From NCBI GenBank assembly GCA_963776245.1, contig CAVZLN010000009.1, positions 32,001-96,000 of the forward strand: 64,000 nt of DNA, given 5' to 3'. This document shows positions 41,772 through 51,690 of the stretch, one piece after another. A program made the translations under genes and the position numbers. The stretch is from Candidatus Eiseniibacteriota bacterium (GTDB taxonomy: Bacteria; Eisenbacteria; RBG-16-71-46). How positions within the stretch are numbered: position 1 is the stretch's first letter; every line of letters begins with the position of its first letter. A model generated the notes under the pieces. That model was not told the origin of the DNA, did no database searches, and saw only the letters and a list, made by a program, of their open reading frames with translations.

Positions 41772-42572
41772 TCAGACCTTCGGGTGGCCGGTCCGGACCG
41801 CGACCGTTCCGTCCGCGAGGGTCTCGAGCCGGTAGTCGGCGAACATCGACGGCGCCTCGGCCTGCATCAGGCGCAGCATCTCGAGCGCCACCTTGCGGAT
41901 CTCGAGGTCCGCGAACTCCGAGCCGCGCATCTCGATGAAATGGCGCAGCGCGCGGGCGTTGCCGGTGACGAAGATCTTGGTCTCGGTGGCGTTGGGCAGC
42001 ACCGAGCGCGCGGCCTGCCGGGCCAGCTTGCGGCGCAGGGTCCGGTCGGGCTCGGCGGCGTAGCGCTGCTCCAGACCCGCCACCAGCCGGTCGTAAGCGC
42101 CTCGGGCGGCGTTCACCGATTCGGTCCAGATGGCGTGCAACGCGGGGTCGGCCGCGATGGCGTCGGGCTCGACGTACGGCGACTCCGACTCATCCACGTA
42201 GCGCTGGGACAACTGCGAGTAGGAGAAGTGGCGGTGCCGGACCAGCTCGTGCGTGAACGATCGGGAGACGCCGGTGATCAGGAACGACCACACCCCGTGC
42301 TCGAGCACCGAGCCGTGGCCGACCTCGACGAGGTGCCCGAGGAACTCGGCGTTGGTCTTGCGACCCTTGCCGTACGACATGTAGCACACCCGTCCGGCCA
42401 TCTCCGCCAGCGCCTCGGCGCCGATCTCGGTGTCGGTCTGCCAGGCCAGCGCGTGGTCGCCGAGAAAACGATCGATCGCCTCGCGGTCGAGCGTCTGGCG
42501 GCCCACCAGGTACACGCTCGGCTCGCGGACGATCCGCAGCTCCTTCGAGGTCGTGGTCTCCACCGCATCCAT
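41772..42572 (-). CDS. thyX: FAD-dependent thymidylate synthase
   Basis: GH.SVLEH, RHR-X7-S motif (RHRHFSYSQLS), ARSVLPN, NARALRHF..MR. Confidence 0.95.
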   Translation of the reverse strand: MDAVETTTSKELRIVREPSVYLVGRQTLDREAIDRFLGDHALAWQTDTEIGAEALAEMAGRVCYMSYGKGRKTNAEFLGHLVEVGHGSVLEHGVWSFLITGVSRSFTHELVRHRHFSYSQLSQRYVDESESPYVEPDAIAADPALHAIWTESVNAARGAYDRLVAGLEQRYAAEPDRTLRRKLARQAARSVLPNATETKIFVTGNARALRHFIEMRGSEFADLEIRKVALEMLRLMQAEAPSMFADYRLETLADGTVAVRTGHPKV

Positions 42573-42744
42573 GGGTGCTCCGGTTCATCGCGCGTCGCGG
42601 CACGCGCCGGTGAGGAGATGTCGTGTCCCGCCCCACGGCGGGGCGGCCTGCGGGCCCGTCGCGCGCCAGGCGCGGAGCGGGCGGATCCATCGGCGCACTC
42701 TATCACGCGCGTCACCCCGCGCGAGCCGTGGAAGTCGTGCCCGC

Positions 42745-43926
42745 TCAGCCCCCGGCGTGGCGCCGCACCTCGTCGCGGACGAGCTTCATCACCCGGTCCA
42801 CCTCGTCATCGCGGGTGTAGAAGTGCGGCGCGAGACGCAGCCCGACCCCCGGCCGCACGTCGAGCAGCACGTCCTGCGCCAGCAGCGCGTGACACACCGG
42901 CTCGGCCTGCGGCACGTCGAGCACCACGGTCCCGCCGCGACCGGCGTCGTCCCGCGGCGAGGCCACGCGGAAACCGTACTCATCGGCGAGCGCGTGCATG
43001 CGCGCGGTCTGGCGCAGGGACTTCGCGCGGATGGCCTCCACCCCGATCTGCGCCACGATGGCGTATCCGGGGCGCGCCGCCATGAACGCCACCACCGGGG
43101 GCGTGCCGGTCCAGAACCGGCGCGCGCCGCCGTCGCGGCGCGTCGGGCCGGGGTCGAAGTCGAACGGACGCTCGTGCGCCATCCACCCGGTGAACGCGGG
43201 CTCGAGACGCGGCGCGACGCGCGGGCTCACGTACAGCCACCCGGCGCCCGGGCCGCCGCACAGCCATTTCACCGAACCGCCGGTCATCAGGTCCACGTCC
43301 GACGCTCGCACGTCGACCGGGACGGTGCCCACCGCCTGGTAGGAGTCGATGAGCGTGAGCGCGCCGCACACCTTCGCCCGCGCCACGATCGGCGCGAGGT
43401 CGAGCAGCTGCGCGGTGCGGAACATCACCTGCGAGATCGCCACGACGGCGGTGCGCTCGTCGATCGCCGCGATGATGTCGGCCTCGTTCACCGCGTGGCC
43501 ATCGCGCGCCTTCACCCGCACGATCCGGGCGCCGCGGCGCGCCAGGCCCTCGTAGAGATAGAGCACCGAGGGGAAGTCCTCCTCGGTGCACACCAGGCCA
43601 TCCCGCGGCGCGGTGAATCCCACGGCCGAGAGCGCCACGGCCTGGGCGCCGGTGACGTTCGGGTGCATCGAGATCGAGCCGGGCGGGGCGTTCACGATGG
43701 TGCCCAGCAGGTCCGCGACCACGGTGGGGAGCGCGAACCACGACTCCTCCCACGCGCGGATGCCGCGCGTCTTCCAGGTCAGCGCGTACTGCCGCAGCTC
43801 CTCCTCGACCGCGCGCGGCATCGCCCCGAGGGAGTGCGAGATGAAGTGGAGCGTGGATTCGACGGTCGGGAACTCGGACCGCCACTCGAGCAGGCGGTCC
43901 TCCGCGGGCTGCTGGCCGGGGCTCAA
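42745..43926 (-). CDS. Class V PLP enzyme, kynureninase-like
   Basis: HSLGAMP, DSYQAVG.VP, PLP lysine in GGSVKWLCGGPG, GTP, R.APHFY. Confidence 0.8.
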   Translation of the reverse strand: MSPGQQPAEDRLLEWRSEFPTVESTLHFISHSLGAMPRAVEEELRQYALTWKTRGIRAWEESWFALPTVVADLLGTIVNAPPGSISMHPNVTGAQAVALSAVGFTAPRDGLVCTEEDFPSVLYLYEGLARRGARIVRVKARDGHAVNEADIIAAIDERTAVVAISQVMFRTAQLLDLAPIVARAKVCGALTLIDSYQAVGTVPVDVRASDVDLMTGGSVKWLCGGPGAGWLYVSPRVAPRLEPAFTGWMAHERPFDFDPGPTRRDGGARRFWTGTPPVVAFMAARPGYAIVAQIGVEAIRAKSLRQTARMHALADEYGFRVASPRDDAGRGGTVVLDVPQAEPVCHALLAQDVLLDVRPGVGLRLAPHFYTRDDEVDRVMKLVRDEVRRHAGG

Positions 43927-44513
43927 CGCGGGCCCTCGGCGGCGCCGGACGCGGCGCCGCGCGCCGTCACCCGCGCCGCGCCGTCGAGCACCGCGCGAGC
44001 GGCCCCGGCGGCGGTGCGCGCGGTGCGCACGTGATCGAACATCTCGGGGTAGACCAGCTGGGGATCGCGCTGGGCCTCGAGCCAGCGCTCCCAGGGCTCG
44101 CCCGCCAGCACCAGCGGCGCCGGCGCCCGGCCTCCGGCGGCCAGCAGGTTCCAGGTCAGGAACAGCTCGGCGAGCGTGCCCACGCTGCCGGGCACCACGA
44201 CGAACCCATCGGCGCGCGCCACGATGGTGCGCAGGCGCTCGAACAGGTCGGGCGTGTGCACCCGCTCCCGGACCCAGGCGTTCGCAGGGCCGCGGGCCTC
44301 GAACAGCTCGACGGTCACGCCCACCGAATGGCCGCCGGCCTCGACCGCCCCGCGGGAGCAGGCCTCCATCACCCCGGAGTAGCCGCCGGTCATGACGTCG
44401 GCGCCGGCGCGCGCCAGCTCGCGTCCGAGGTCGAGCGCGAGCGCGTACACCGCATCGCCCTCACGCACCGTGGCGCTGCCATACACCGCGATCAGGGGGC
44501 GTCGCGCATCCAT
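43923..44513 (-). CDS. LOG family protein (nucleotide monophosphate nucleosidase-like)
   Basis: TGGY.GVMEA..RGA, R...PGSVGTLAEL. Confidence 0.85.
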   Translation of the reverse strand: MDARRPLIAVYGSATVREGDAVYALALDLGRELARAGADVMTGGYSGVMEACSRGAVEAGGHSVGVTVELFEARGPANAWVRERVHTPDLFERLRTIVARADGFVVVPGSVGTLAELFLTWNLLAAGGRAPAPLVLAGEPWERWLEAQRDPQLVYPEMFDHVRTARTAAGAARAVLDGAARVTARGAASGAAEGPR

Positions 44514-44529
44514 GGAGCCTCCCCGGTCG

Positions 44530-45204
44530 TCAGCGCGACGTCGGCGTGTTGAGGTTGGCGACCACGCCCTTGTCGGCCACGTCGAGGTAGCCCACCAGAC
44601 GCGCGCTGCGGCGCACCGCGTCGGCCAGCGTCTCGGCCCGCCGGTCGGCGACGATGGCGCGCGCGAGCGCCGGGGTGAGCACCAGCGGATGCCCGCGCTC
44701 GCCCTTGTGGCGCGGCACCAGCGCGTACGAGAAGCGCGCGCGGTCGCGGGCGGTCCGGCTCGCGGTCAGCGCCTGGAGGACCACGTTGCCGAGCGCCGCC
44801 ACCGTCACCGGATGCACGTGCGGGTGGTCCACCGGCAGCACCAGCACGGCCTGGGGCTTGCGCTTGAGCGCCGCGGCCAGGCCGGCCTGCGCGCTCGAGA
44901 GCATGCCGCGCTTCCAGTGCGCGTTCACCACGAACTGGCACTCCAGCCCGCGCGCGCCGTGCCCGTGGGCCTGCTGCAGGTCGTCGTGGAGTTCGCCGCG
45001 CTCGATCAGCGACTCGAAGTCGCGGGTGATCTGGCGCTGCACGGTGGCGGCACGGGCGCCGAGCACCACCACCACGTCGTCGCACGCGGCCCACAGGTGG
45101 CGCACGCCATGGACGGCGAAGGACACCGCGCCCGACTTGACCAGCGCCTTGTCGCGTCCCATCCGGCTCGACGCGCCGGCGGCCAGCAGGACTCCCACCA
45201 GCAT
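44530..45204 (-). CDS. mocA: Molybdenum cofactor cytidylyltransferase (MocA/NTP_transf_3)
   Basis: LAAGASSRMG.DK, GM.SS..AGL, PVDHP, GHP, NLNTP. Located in a molybdo-hydroxylase operon. Confidence 0.8.
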   Translation of the reverse strand: MLVGVLLAAGASSRMGRDKALVKSGAVSFAVHGVRHLWAACDDVVVVLGARAATVQRQITRDFESLIERGELHDDLQQAHGHGARGLECQFVVNAHWKRGMLSSAQAGLAAALKRKPQAVLVLPVDHPHVHPVTVAALGNVVLQALTASRTARDRARFSYALVPRHKGERGHPLVLTPALARAIVADRRAETLADAVRRSARLVGYLDVADKGVVANLNTPTSR

Positions 45205-45207
45205 GAT

Positions 45208-46203
45208 CTACCTCCCGGTCGGGTCGGCTTCCCCCGGATTCGCTTCCGCGGAGACCGGGGTGCCGGATGCTTCCGTGACGGCCGGGGGCGCGCCCGCGCG
45301 TGCGGGCGGCACCCAGCCGGGTTCGATCGCCAGGCCGCGGCGGACCGCGATGACCTGCGCCATCACGCTCACCGCGATCTCCTCGGGGCCGTCGGCGCCG
45401 ATGTCGAGACCGACCGGCGCGTGCAGGCGCGCGATCTCGGTGTCGGCGAATCCCTTCGCGCGCAGGCGGAGCGCGAACTTGCGCTGCTTCGCGGTGCTGC
45501 CGAGCATGCCGAGGAAGCGCAGCGGCCGGCCCAGCAGGCCCTGCACCAGGCGCTGGTCGAGCGCGTGGTCGTGGGTGGTGATGACCGCGTAGTCCCCGGC
45601 CCGGGTCTCGAGCGCGCGCAGGAAGTCCTCGGGATCCTGCACCGCCACGCGCGAGGTCGGGAAGCGCTCGGGGGTCGCCCACTCCGCCCGCCCATCCACC
45701 ACGGTGACGGCGAACCCGCAGCCGGCCGCGATCGCGGCCAGCGGCTTGGCGATGTAGCCGGCGCCGAACACCCACAGGCGCGGTGCGGTCTCGACCACCT
45801 CGAGGAACACGCTCATCTCGCCGCCGCAGCACATGCCGAGGTCCTGGGTGAGGTGGCGCTCGACCCGCGCGGTGCCCCCGCGGTCGAACAGCGCCCGCGC
45901 CTCCTCGAGCACCGCGTGCTCGATGGCGCCGCCGCCGATGGTGCCCACGGTGGCGCCGTCGGCGCCGATGAGCATGCGCGCGCCCGGCTTGCGCGGGGTG
46001 TAGCCGCGCGATCCGATCACCGTGGCGATCACGAAGCGGCGGTCCTCGGCGCGCCAGCGCGCCAGCGTCTCCCACACGTCGCCCTCACGGGTGCGACGCG
46101 GCAGGTCGATGCCGGGTGCCCCCGACGACGGCGGGGGCGCCTCGCCCTCGCGGCGCAGCGCGTGGTCGTGGGCGTCGAACTCCTCGGGCTCGGTGGGGCT
46201 CAT
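45208..46203 (-). CDS. xdhC: XdhC/CoxI molybdoenzyme maturation factor
   Basis: TPRKPGARM, GTIGGG.IE, GMCCGG, THDH.LD, GMLGS..K, PVGLDIG...PEEIAVS. Confidence 0.9.
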   Translation of the reverse strand: MSPTEPEEFDAHDHALRREGEAPPPSSGAPGIDLPRRTREGDVWETLARWRAEDRRFVIATVIGSRGYTPRKPGARMLIGADGATVGTIGGGAIEHAVLEEARALFDRGGTARVERHLTQDLGMCCGGEMSVFLEVVETAPRLWVFGAGYIAKPLAAIAAGCGFAVTVVDGRAEWATPERFPTSRVAVQDPEDFLRALETRAGDYAVITTHDHALDQRLVQGLLGRPLRFLGMLGSTAKQRKFALRLRAKGFADTEIARLHAPVGLDIGADGPEEIAVSVMAQVIAVRRGLAIEPGWVPPARAGAPPAVTEASGTPVSAEANPGEADPTGR

Positions 46204-47192
46204 CGGGTCTCTCCTGCGAGCGCGTCGCGGATGGCGCGGGTCACGAACACCGGCACCATGGCGCGCCGCCACTCGGTATCGTACGCCACATTGGCCAGCG
46301 GGTGACACTGCTGATGGGCCGCCTGCGCGATCGACTCGATGACGGCGTCGTCGAGCGCGCGTCCGTGCGCCAGCGCGGCGAGCCCGGCCACCACGCGCGG
46401 CCGGGCGGCCAGCGCGCTCACCACCAGCCGGGCCTCAGTGCACATCGTGCCCTCGAGCCGCGCCGCGAACGCCACCGACAGCATCGGGAAGTCGATCGCC
46501 TTCCGCGGCCGCAGCTTGCGGTAGGCGCTGCGCAGCGAGCGCGCGCCCGCCGGCACCACGACGCGCGTCACCAGTTCCTCGGGACGCCGCACGGTGTTGT
46601 GGATCCCGTCGGCGACGAAGAACTCCGCCAGCGGAACGGTGCGCTTCGCCCCACGGCTTGCCAGCTCCACCGTGGCACCGAGCGCCATGAGCATCGGGGC
46701 GACGTCGGAGGAGTGCGCGGCCACGCAGCGCTTCCCCTGCGGCACCACGTGGCACACGGTGCCCGACTTCTTGAGGCAGAAACCGAGCGCCCCGCGCCAG
46801 AACGCCGTCTGGTTGTAGTACGTGCAGCGGGTGTCGAGACACAGGTTGCCACCCAGCGTGCCCATGTTGCGGATCTGCGGCGAGGCGACCTGGGAGGCCG
46901 CGTGAGCGAGGCCCGAAAGGTCCCGCGCGACCACCGGATGCACGGCCAGTTCGGCGAGCGTGACGAGCGCGCCGAGGTGCAGGTCGCCGCCCACTTCGCG
47001 GATGAGCCGAAGCTCGTCAAGTCCAGCGATGTGAACGATCTGGCGGGGCTCGTGAAGGCGATGCTTCAGGTTGGGGACGGCATCGGTGCCACCGGCGATC
47101 ACCAGACTCTCGTCGGGCCGCCGGGCGAGCGCCTCGAGGGCCTCGTTCAGCGTCGCGGGACGGATCCAGCCGAAGCGGGGCAGGGTCAGCAT
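46200..47192 (-). CDS. FAD subunit of molybdo-flavoenzyme with [4Fe-4S] insertion (HcrB-like)
   Basis: AGGTD, QIRNMGTLGGN, Cys-rich insert RCTYYNQ..WR.ALGFCLK..G.VCHV....RC. Confidence 0.85.
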   Translation of the reverse strand: MLTLPRFGWIRPATLNEALEALARRPDESLVIAGGTDAVPNLKHRLHEPRQIVHIAGLDELRLIREVGGDLHLGALVTLAELAVHPVVARDLSGLAHAASQVASPQIRNMGTLGGNLCLDTRCTYYNQTAFWRGALGFCLKKSGTVCHVVPQGKRCVAAHSSDVAPMLMALGATVELASRGAKRTVPLAEFFVADGIHNTVRRPEELVTRVVVPAGARSLRSAYRKLRPRKAIDFPMLSVAFAARLEGTMCTEARLVVSALAARPRVVAGLAALAHGRALDDAVIESIAQAAHQQCHPLANVAYDTEWRRAMVPVFVTRAIRDALAGETR

Positions 47193-47199
47193 GACGCCC

Positions 47200-49671
47200 T
47201 CACCTCGCCCGCTCGCCGCCGCGCGCCTGGGCACGTGCGCGCTCCCACGCGGCCCGCGCGTCGGTCGCGCGCAGCAGTCCGAGGACGCGCGGCGGGGAGA
47301 ATGGCAGGCGCTCGCAGCGGATGCCGAGCGCGTCGTGGATGGCGTTGGCGATCGCCGGGATGCTCGGGTGCAGCGGCCCCTCGCCCGCCTCCTTGGCGCC
47401 ATACGGCCCTTCGGGATCCACCGATTCGATGATGAAGGACTCGAGGGCCGGGGTGTCGAGCGTGGTGGGGATCCGGTAGTCGAGCAGTGACGGCCCGTGG
47501 TGGAGGCCGGGGCCGTGCTCGGACGTGGCGGGCTTGAACGTGTGCTCCTCCATCAGCGCCTCGCCGAATCCCATGTAGGCGCTGCCCTCCATCTGCCCTT
47601 CGACCGCCACCGGATTGAGCGCCCGCCCGCAGTCGTGCGCCACCCAGATGCGCGTCACGTCCACGAAGCCGGTCTCCGGATCGCACTCCACCTCGGCGAC
47701 GTGCGCGGTGAACGAGTACGCGGGCGAGGCGCCGATGGTGCCTCCTCGGTAGTCGCCGCCGAGCGTCGGGCTCTGGTACCAGCCCACCGTGCCGAGCGTG
47801 CCGTGCCGCGCCTCGGCGAGCTGGAGCGCCTCGCGCAGGCCCATGCACTCGCGCTGCGGGTCGCGGGTGGTGCACGCCACGCCCTGGGCGAGCGTGACCT
47901 CGTGCGGCGCGCAGCCCCAGAGTGCCGCGAGCGCTCCGACCACCAGCCGGCGCACCTGGCGCGCGGCGTCGAGGCAGGCGTTGCCGGCCATGAACGTCTC
48001 GCGGCTGGAGTACGAACCGAGGTCCACGGGCGTGAGGTCGGTGTCGGCCGCCACCACGCGCACGTCCCCCAGCTCGAGTCCGAGCTCCTCGCACACGATG
48101 AGGGCGAGCATCGAGTCGCTGCCCTGTCCGATGTCCGAGGCGCCGCAGAACACGGTGGCGCGCCCGCTGCGATCCACCTTGAGCTGCACCGCGCTCTGGG
48201 GCATCTCGTTCGGATAGATGCAGTAGTTGGTGCCGCTGATGTACATGCTGCCCGCCACCCCCACGCCACGGCCATAGGGCAGGCGGCGGAAGCGCTCCTT
48301 CCATCCCGAGGCGCGTTCCACCGCGTCGAGACACTGCAGGAAGCCGTTCGAGGTGATGCGCATGCCGTTCACGGTGCGCGCGTGCTCGCCGATCGAATTG
48401 CGCCGTCGCACCTCGATCGGATCGAGCCCCGCGGCCTCGGCGAGCCGGTCGATCTGGCACTCGAACGCGAATCGGGGCTGCACCGACCCGTGTCCGCGCT
48501 TGGGCCCGCAGCATGGCTTGTTGGTGAACACGCGCGTCGAGTCGAAGCGGTAGGCGCCGAGGCGGTAGGGCGCCGTGAGCAGCTGGCCGGAGTAATAGGT
48601 GGTCACCAGCCCGAACGAGGAGTACGCGCCCCCGTCGAGGTGGATGCGCGCGTCCACTCCGGTGAGCGTACCGTCGCGCTGCATCCCGGTGCGGTAGCGC
48701 AACCGCATCGGGTGGCGGCCGCGGTGGGCGTAGAACACCTCCTCGCGGGTGTACAGGATCTTCACCGGGCGCCCGGTCACCATGCTCAGCTTGGCGGCGC
48801 AGAACTCGAGCGAGAACGGTTCGCTCTTGCCGCCGAACGCCCCGCCCACCACCGGCTGGATCACCCGCACCCGCTGCGGCGGCAGGCCGAGCACGCGCGC
48901 CAGGTCGCGATGGAGGTAATGCGCGACCTGGGTGCTCGACCACACCGTGAGCAGCCCGGCGGGATCGAGATCGGCGACGCAGCAGTGCGGCTCGATCGCC
49001 GCGTGGGTCGAGCCCTCGTACGCGTACTCGGCCTCGACCACGTGGTCGCTGGCGGCCAGCTCGGCCTCGACGTCGCCGAACGACAGCTCCACCCGCTTCG
49101 AGATGTTGCCCTCGCGCGCCGCCTCGTTGACCTTCCACTCCGGGTGCGCGAGCGCGTCCTCGATCGACGCCACCGCGGGCAGGACCTCATAGTCCACCCG
49201 GATGGCGGCGAGCGCCTCCTCGGCCAGCGCCTCGCTGTCGGCCGCCACCGCCGCCACCGCGTCGCCGACGTAGCGCGCCTTGAGCTCGCACAGCGCCTGC
49301 TCGTCCTCGGTCCACGGGATGATGCCGTAGCGCGTCGGCAGGTCCCGGCCGGTGATGACCGCGTGCACCCCCGGCAGCGCGAGCGCGGCCGTCGCGTCGA
49401 TGGCGAGGATGCGCGCGTGGGCGTGCGGGCTGCGCAGCAGCTTGGCGTGGAGCATGCGCGGCAGGACGATGTCGTCGGCGTACACCGCCCGCCCGGTGAC
49501 CTTGGCGAGCCCCTCGATCTTGCGGATGCGATGGCCGACCACCGCGAAGGTGCCGTTGGGCGGCGCCGCCCGCCCCTCCGGCCAGTCCGGCGGACGCAGG
49601 CGGTCGGCACCCGGCATGGTGCGTCCTTCGGGCACCGCCGCAGGCCGGGGGTCACGGGGCGCGTCGGTCAT
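47200..49671 (-). CDS. Molybdopterin-binding subunit, 4-hydroxybenzoyl-CoA reductase alpha (HcrA)-like
   Basis: KVTGRA.Y.DD, GGAFGGK, AHRGR, KRGHG, DIGQG, GSYSSR.T, GAKEAGEG. Confidence 0.85.
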   Translation of the reverse strand: MTDAPRDPRPAAVPEGRTMPGADRLRPPDWPEGRAAPPNGTFAVVGHRIRKIEGLAKVTGRAVYADDIVLPRMLHAKLLRSPHAHARILAIDATAALALPGVHAVITGRDLPTRYGIIPWTEDEQALCELKARYVGDAVAAVAADSEALAEEALAAIRVDYEVLPAVASIEDALAHPEWKVNEAAREGNISKRVELSFGDVEAELAASDHVVEAEYAYEGSTHAAIEPHCCVADLDPAGLLTVWSSTQVAHYLHRDLARVLGLPPQRVRVIQPVVGGAFGGKSEPFSLEFCAAKLSMVTGRPVKILYTREEVFYAHRGRHPMRLRYRTGMQRDGTLTGVDARIHLDGGAYSSFGLVTTYYSGQLLTAPYRLGAYRFDSTRVFTNKPCCGPKRGHGSVQPRFAFECQIDRLAEAAGLDPIEVRRRNSIGEHARTVNGMRITSNGFLQCLDAVERASGWKERFRRLPYGRGVGVAGSMYISGTNYCIYPNEMPQSAVQLKVDRSGRATVFCGASDIGQGSDSMLALIVCEELGLELGDVRVVAADTDLTPVDLGSYSSRETFMAGNACLDAARQVRRLVVGALAALWGCAPHEVTLAQGVACTTRDPQRECMGLREALQLAEARHGTLGTVGWYQSPTLGGDYRGGTIGASPAYSFTAHVAEVECDPETGFVDVTRIWVAHDCGRALNPVAVEGQMEGSAYMGFGEALMEEHTFKPATSEHGPGLHHGPSLLDYRIPTTLDTPALESFIIESVDPEGPYGAKEAGEGPLHPSIPAIANAIHDALGIRCERLPFSPPRVLGLLRATDARAAWERARAQARGGERAR

Positions 49672-50192
49672 GCGCGCTCCCGCATCTCCCGCGCCGCGAG
49701 CTCCACCGCCTCGAGGATCTTGGTGTAGCCGGTGCACCGGCACAGATTGCCCGAGAGCGCCTGCGCGATGGCCGCGCGCGAGGGCGCCGGGTCGCGGCGA
49801 AGCAGCGCCCACGCGCTGACGAGCACGCCGGGGGTGCAGAATCCGCACTGCGCGCCGCCGGTGCGGTCGAGCGCGTCCTGGAGCGGATGCGGGCGGCCCC
49901 GGTCCGCGAGCCCCTCGACCGTGACGATCTCGCGGCCCTCGCACGCCATGGCCAGCGTGATGCACGCGAGCACCGGCACGCCATCGAGGGCCACCGTGCA
50001 CGCGCCGCAGTCGCCCTTGTCGCAGCCCTGCTTGGAGCCGGTGAGTCCGAGCCCCACCCGCAGCGCCTCGAGCAGGGTGGTCGAGGGCGTGACCGCGCAC
50101 GGGCGCACATCGCCGTTGACGCGCAGGTGGATGACGGTCGGGGTCGGGTCCAGGGGAACCTCGTGCGGGCCGGACGGAAGGGACGATGGCAC
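49668..50192 (-). CDS. [2Fe-2S] subunit (HcrC/CoxS-like)
   Basis: GC..GDCGAC...C, QCGFCTPG, GNLCRCTGY. Confidence 0.9.
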   Translation of the reverse strand: MPSSLPSGPHEVPLDPTPTVIHLRVNGDVRPCAVTPSTTLLEALRVGLGLTGSKQGCDKGDCGACTVALDGVPVLACITLAMACEGREIVTVEGLADRGRPHPLQDALDRTGGAQCGFCTPGVLVSAWALLRRDPAPSRAAIAQALSGNLCRCTGYTKILEAVELAAREMRERA

Positions 50193-50198
50193 GGCGCG

Positions 50199-50227
50199 AT
50201 TGAAGCCGCTCGGCGCGCGAGTGTCAA
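50199..50227 (-). promoter_or_regulatory. sigma70 promoter of the hcr-like operon (probably leaderless)
   Basis: Minus strand TTGACA-N17-TTCAAT, then 6 nt to the GTG at 50192. Confidence 0.7.
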
Positions 50228-50256
50228 CGCCTGCCCGGCAGCACGTGATGCGAGCT

Positions 50257-50342
50257 GCGGCGTGGCCGGGGTGGGCCGGGTCCGGAGGGGTGCGTGTGGG
50301 TATTAGCACCCCGGAGGATCTGGCCCACCCCGGCCACGCCGC
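50257..50342 (+). repeat. Hairpin repeat element copy C (same core as the 21.5 kb copies, opposite orientation)
   Basis: Perfect 21-bp inverted arms at 50257-50277 and 50322-50342 enclose GGGTCC GGA GGGGTGC GTGTGGGTATTA GCACCCC GGA GGATCT. Confidence 0.85.
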
Positions 50343-50430
50343 TGGCCACCCTCATGAGTTCCCGCGCGACGACTGTTCCCGCGCGGCGACTTGCCGCCTG
50401 CCCCCGGCCGGGTCCACAATCCCGCCCGCC

Positions 50431-51690
50431 ATGAGCACACCGAGCCCGCACCCCGCTTCCCATTGGTGGGTGGATCCGGGCCCTCCCTTTCCCACGCTCG
50501 CAGGTGAGATCGACGCCGACGTCGCGGTGATCGGGGGCGGCGTCGCGGGGATCACGCTCGCTCACACGCTCGCCGAGCAGAGCGGCACGGTCGCGCTGCT
50601 CGAGGCCGGCCCGCTCGCGGGCGCGGCGAGCGGGCGCAGCGCCGGCCTGCTGCTCGGCCTGCCGGCCGAGCCCTACGCCGACGGCATCGCGATGTGGGGA
50701 CGCGCGGGCGCGCGCGCGATGAACGAGAGCGGGCGTCGCTCCCACCAGCGCGTGCGCTCCCTGATCGAGACGCTCCACCTCGAGTGCGACTACCAGGCGC
50801 GCGGCTCTTACCGGCTCGCCCGCACCGAGGAGGAAGCCGAGGACCTGCGCGCGTCCCTTCCGCTGATGAACGCCGACGGATTCACGATGCGCGAGGTGCC
50901 GGCCGCGGAAGTGTTGCCGAGCCCGGCGGCCGCGGTGCGCTTCGCCGCTGCGTTCGAGGTCGAGGAGGACGGCGAGATCCATCCGGTGCGGTTCCTGCAC
51001 GGGCTGGCGCGCGCGGCGATCCGGCGTGGCGCGCGCGTGTTCGAGCACTCGGAGGTGACGGACGCGCGCTGGAGCGGCGGCCTGTGGGAGGTGCACGCCG
51101 AGCACGGCACCGTGCGCGCGCGCGCCCTGGTGCTGGCCGCCGACGCCTGGGTGCCGCGGCTCCTCCCCGGCCTCGCCGCGCTCATCCAGCCGCGGCGCGG
51201 CCAGATGCTCGTCACCGCCCCGGTGCCACGCACCATCTCGACCCGTCCAGTGGTGGCGCACTGGGGCTACCAGTGCTGGCGCCAGCTCGCGGACGGCCGG
51301 GTGCTCATCGGGGGCTGGCGCGACGTGGACCCCGACGGCGAGATCGGGTTCGGCGTCGAGCCGACGCCGCGCATCCAGCAGGCCATCGAGCGCGGCCTCG
51401 CCGAGCTGGTGCCCGAGGGGGTGGCGATCGAGCGGCGCTGGGCGGGCACCATGGGCTTCGCGCGCGATGGCCGGCCGATGGTGGGCTGGCTCGACGCGCA
51501 GCACCATCTCGCGATCTGTGCCGGCTTCACCGGCCGCGGCCTCGGTATGGCGGCGGCATGCACGCTCGATCTCGCGCAGGTGCTCGCGTTCCGACGCGCC
51601 CCCGGCATCGAGACCTTCGATCCGTCGCGCTTCCCCGAGCTGCGCCTCGCGCGCGACGGCGTGACGGCCCTGGGCGCGGCGAGCGGGTGA
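50431..51690 (+). CDS. FAD-dependent oxidoreductase (DAO/PuuB-like)
   Basis: VIGGG.AG, ASGRSAG, HPVRF, W.G.MGF..DG.P.VG, GFTG.G. Confidence 0.85.
   Translation: MSTPSPHPASHWWVDPGPPFPTLAGEIDADVAVIGGGVAGITLAHTLAEQSGTVALLEAGPLAGAASGRSAGLLLGLPAEPYADGIAMWGRAGARAMNESGRRSHQRVRSLIETLHLECDYQARGSYRLARTEEEAEDLRASLPLMNADGFTMREVPAAEVLPSPAAAVRFAAAFEVEEDGEIHPVRFLHGLARAAIRRGARVFEHSEVTDARWSGGLWEVHAEHGTVRARALVLAADAWVPRLLPGLAALIQPRRGQMLVTAPVPRTISTRPVVAHWGYQCWRQLADGRVLIGGWRDVDPDGEIGFGVEPTPRIQQAIERGLAELVPEGVAIERRWAGTMGFARDGRPMVGWLDAQHHLAICAGFTGRGLGMAAACTLDLAQVLAFRRAPGIETFDPSRFPELRLARDGVTALGAASG

Noticed and set aside
50278..50295. SRP RNA (GGTCCGGA resembles domain IV)
   Set aside because: It lacks the CAGG...GGAA...AGCAG conserved loop and occurs in several copies.
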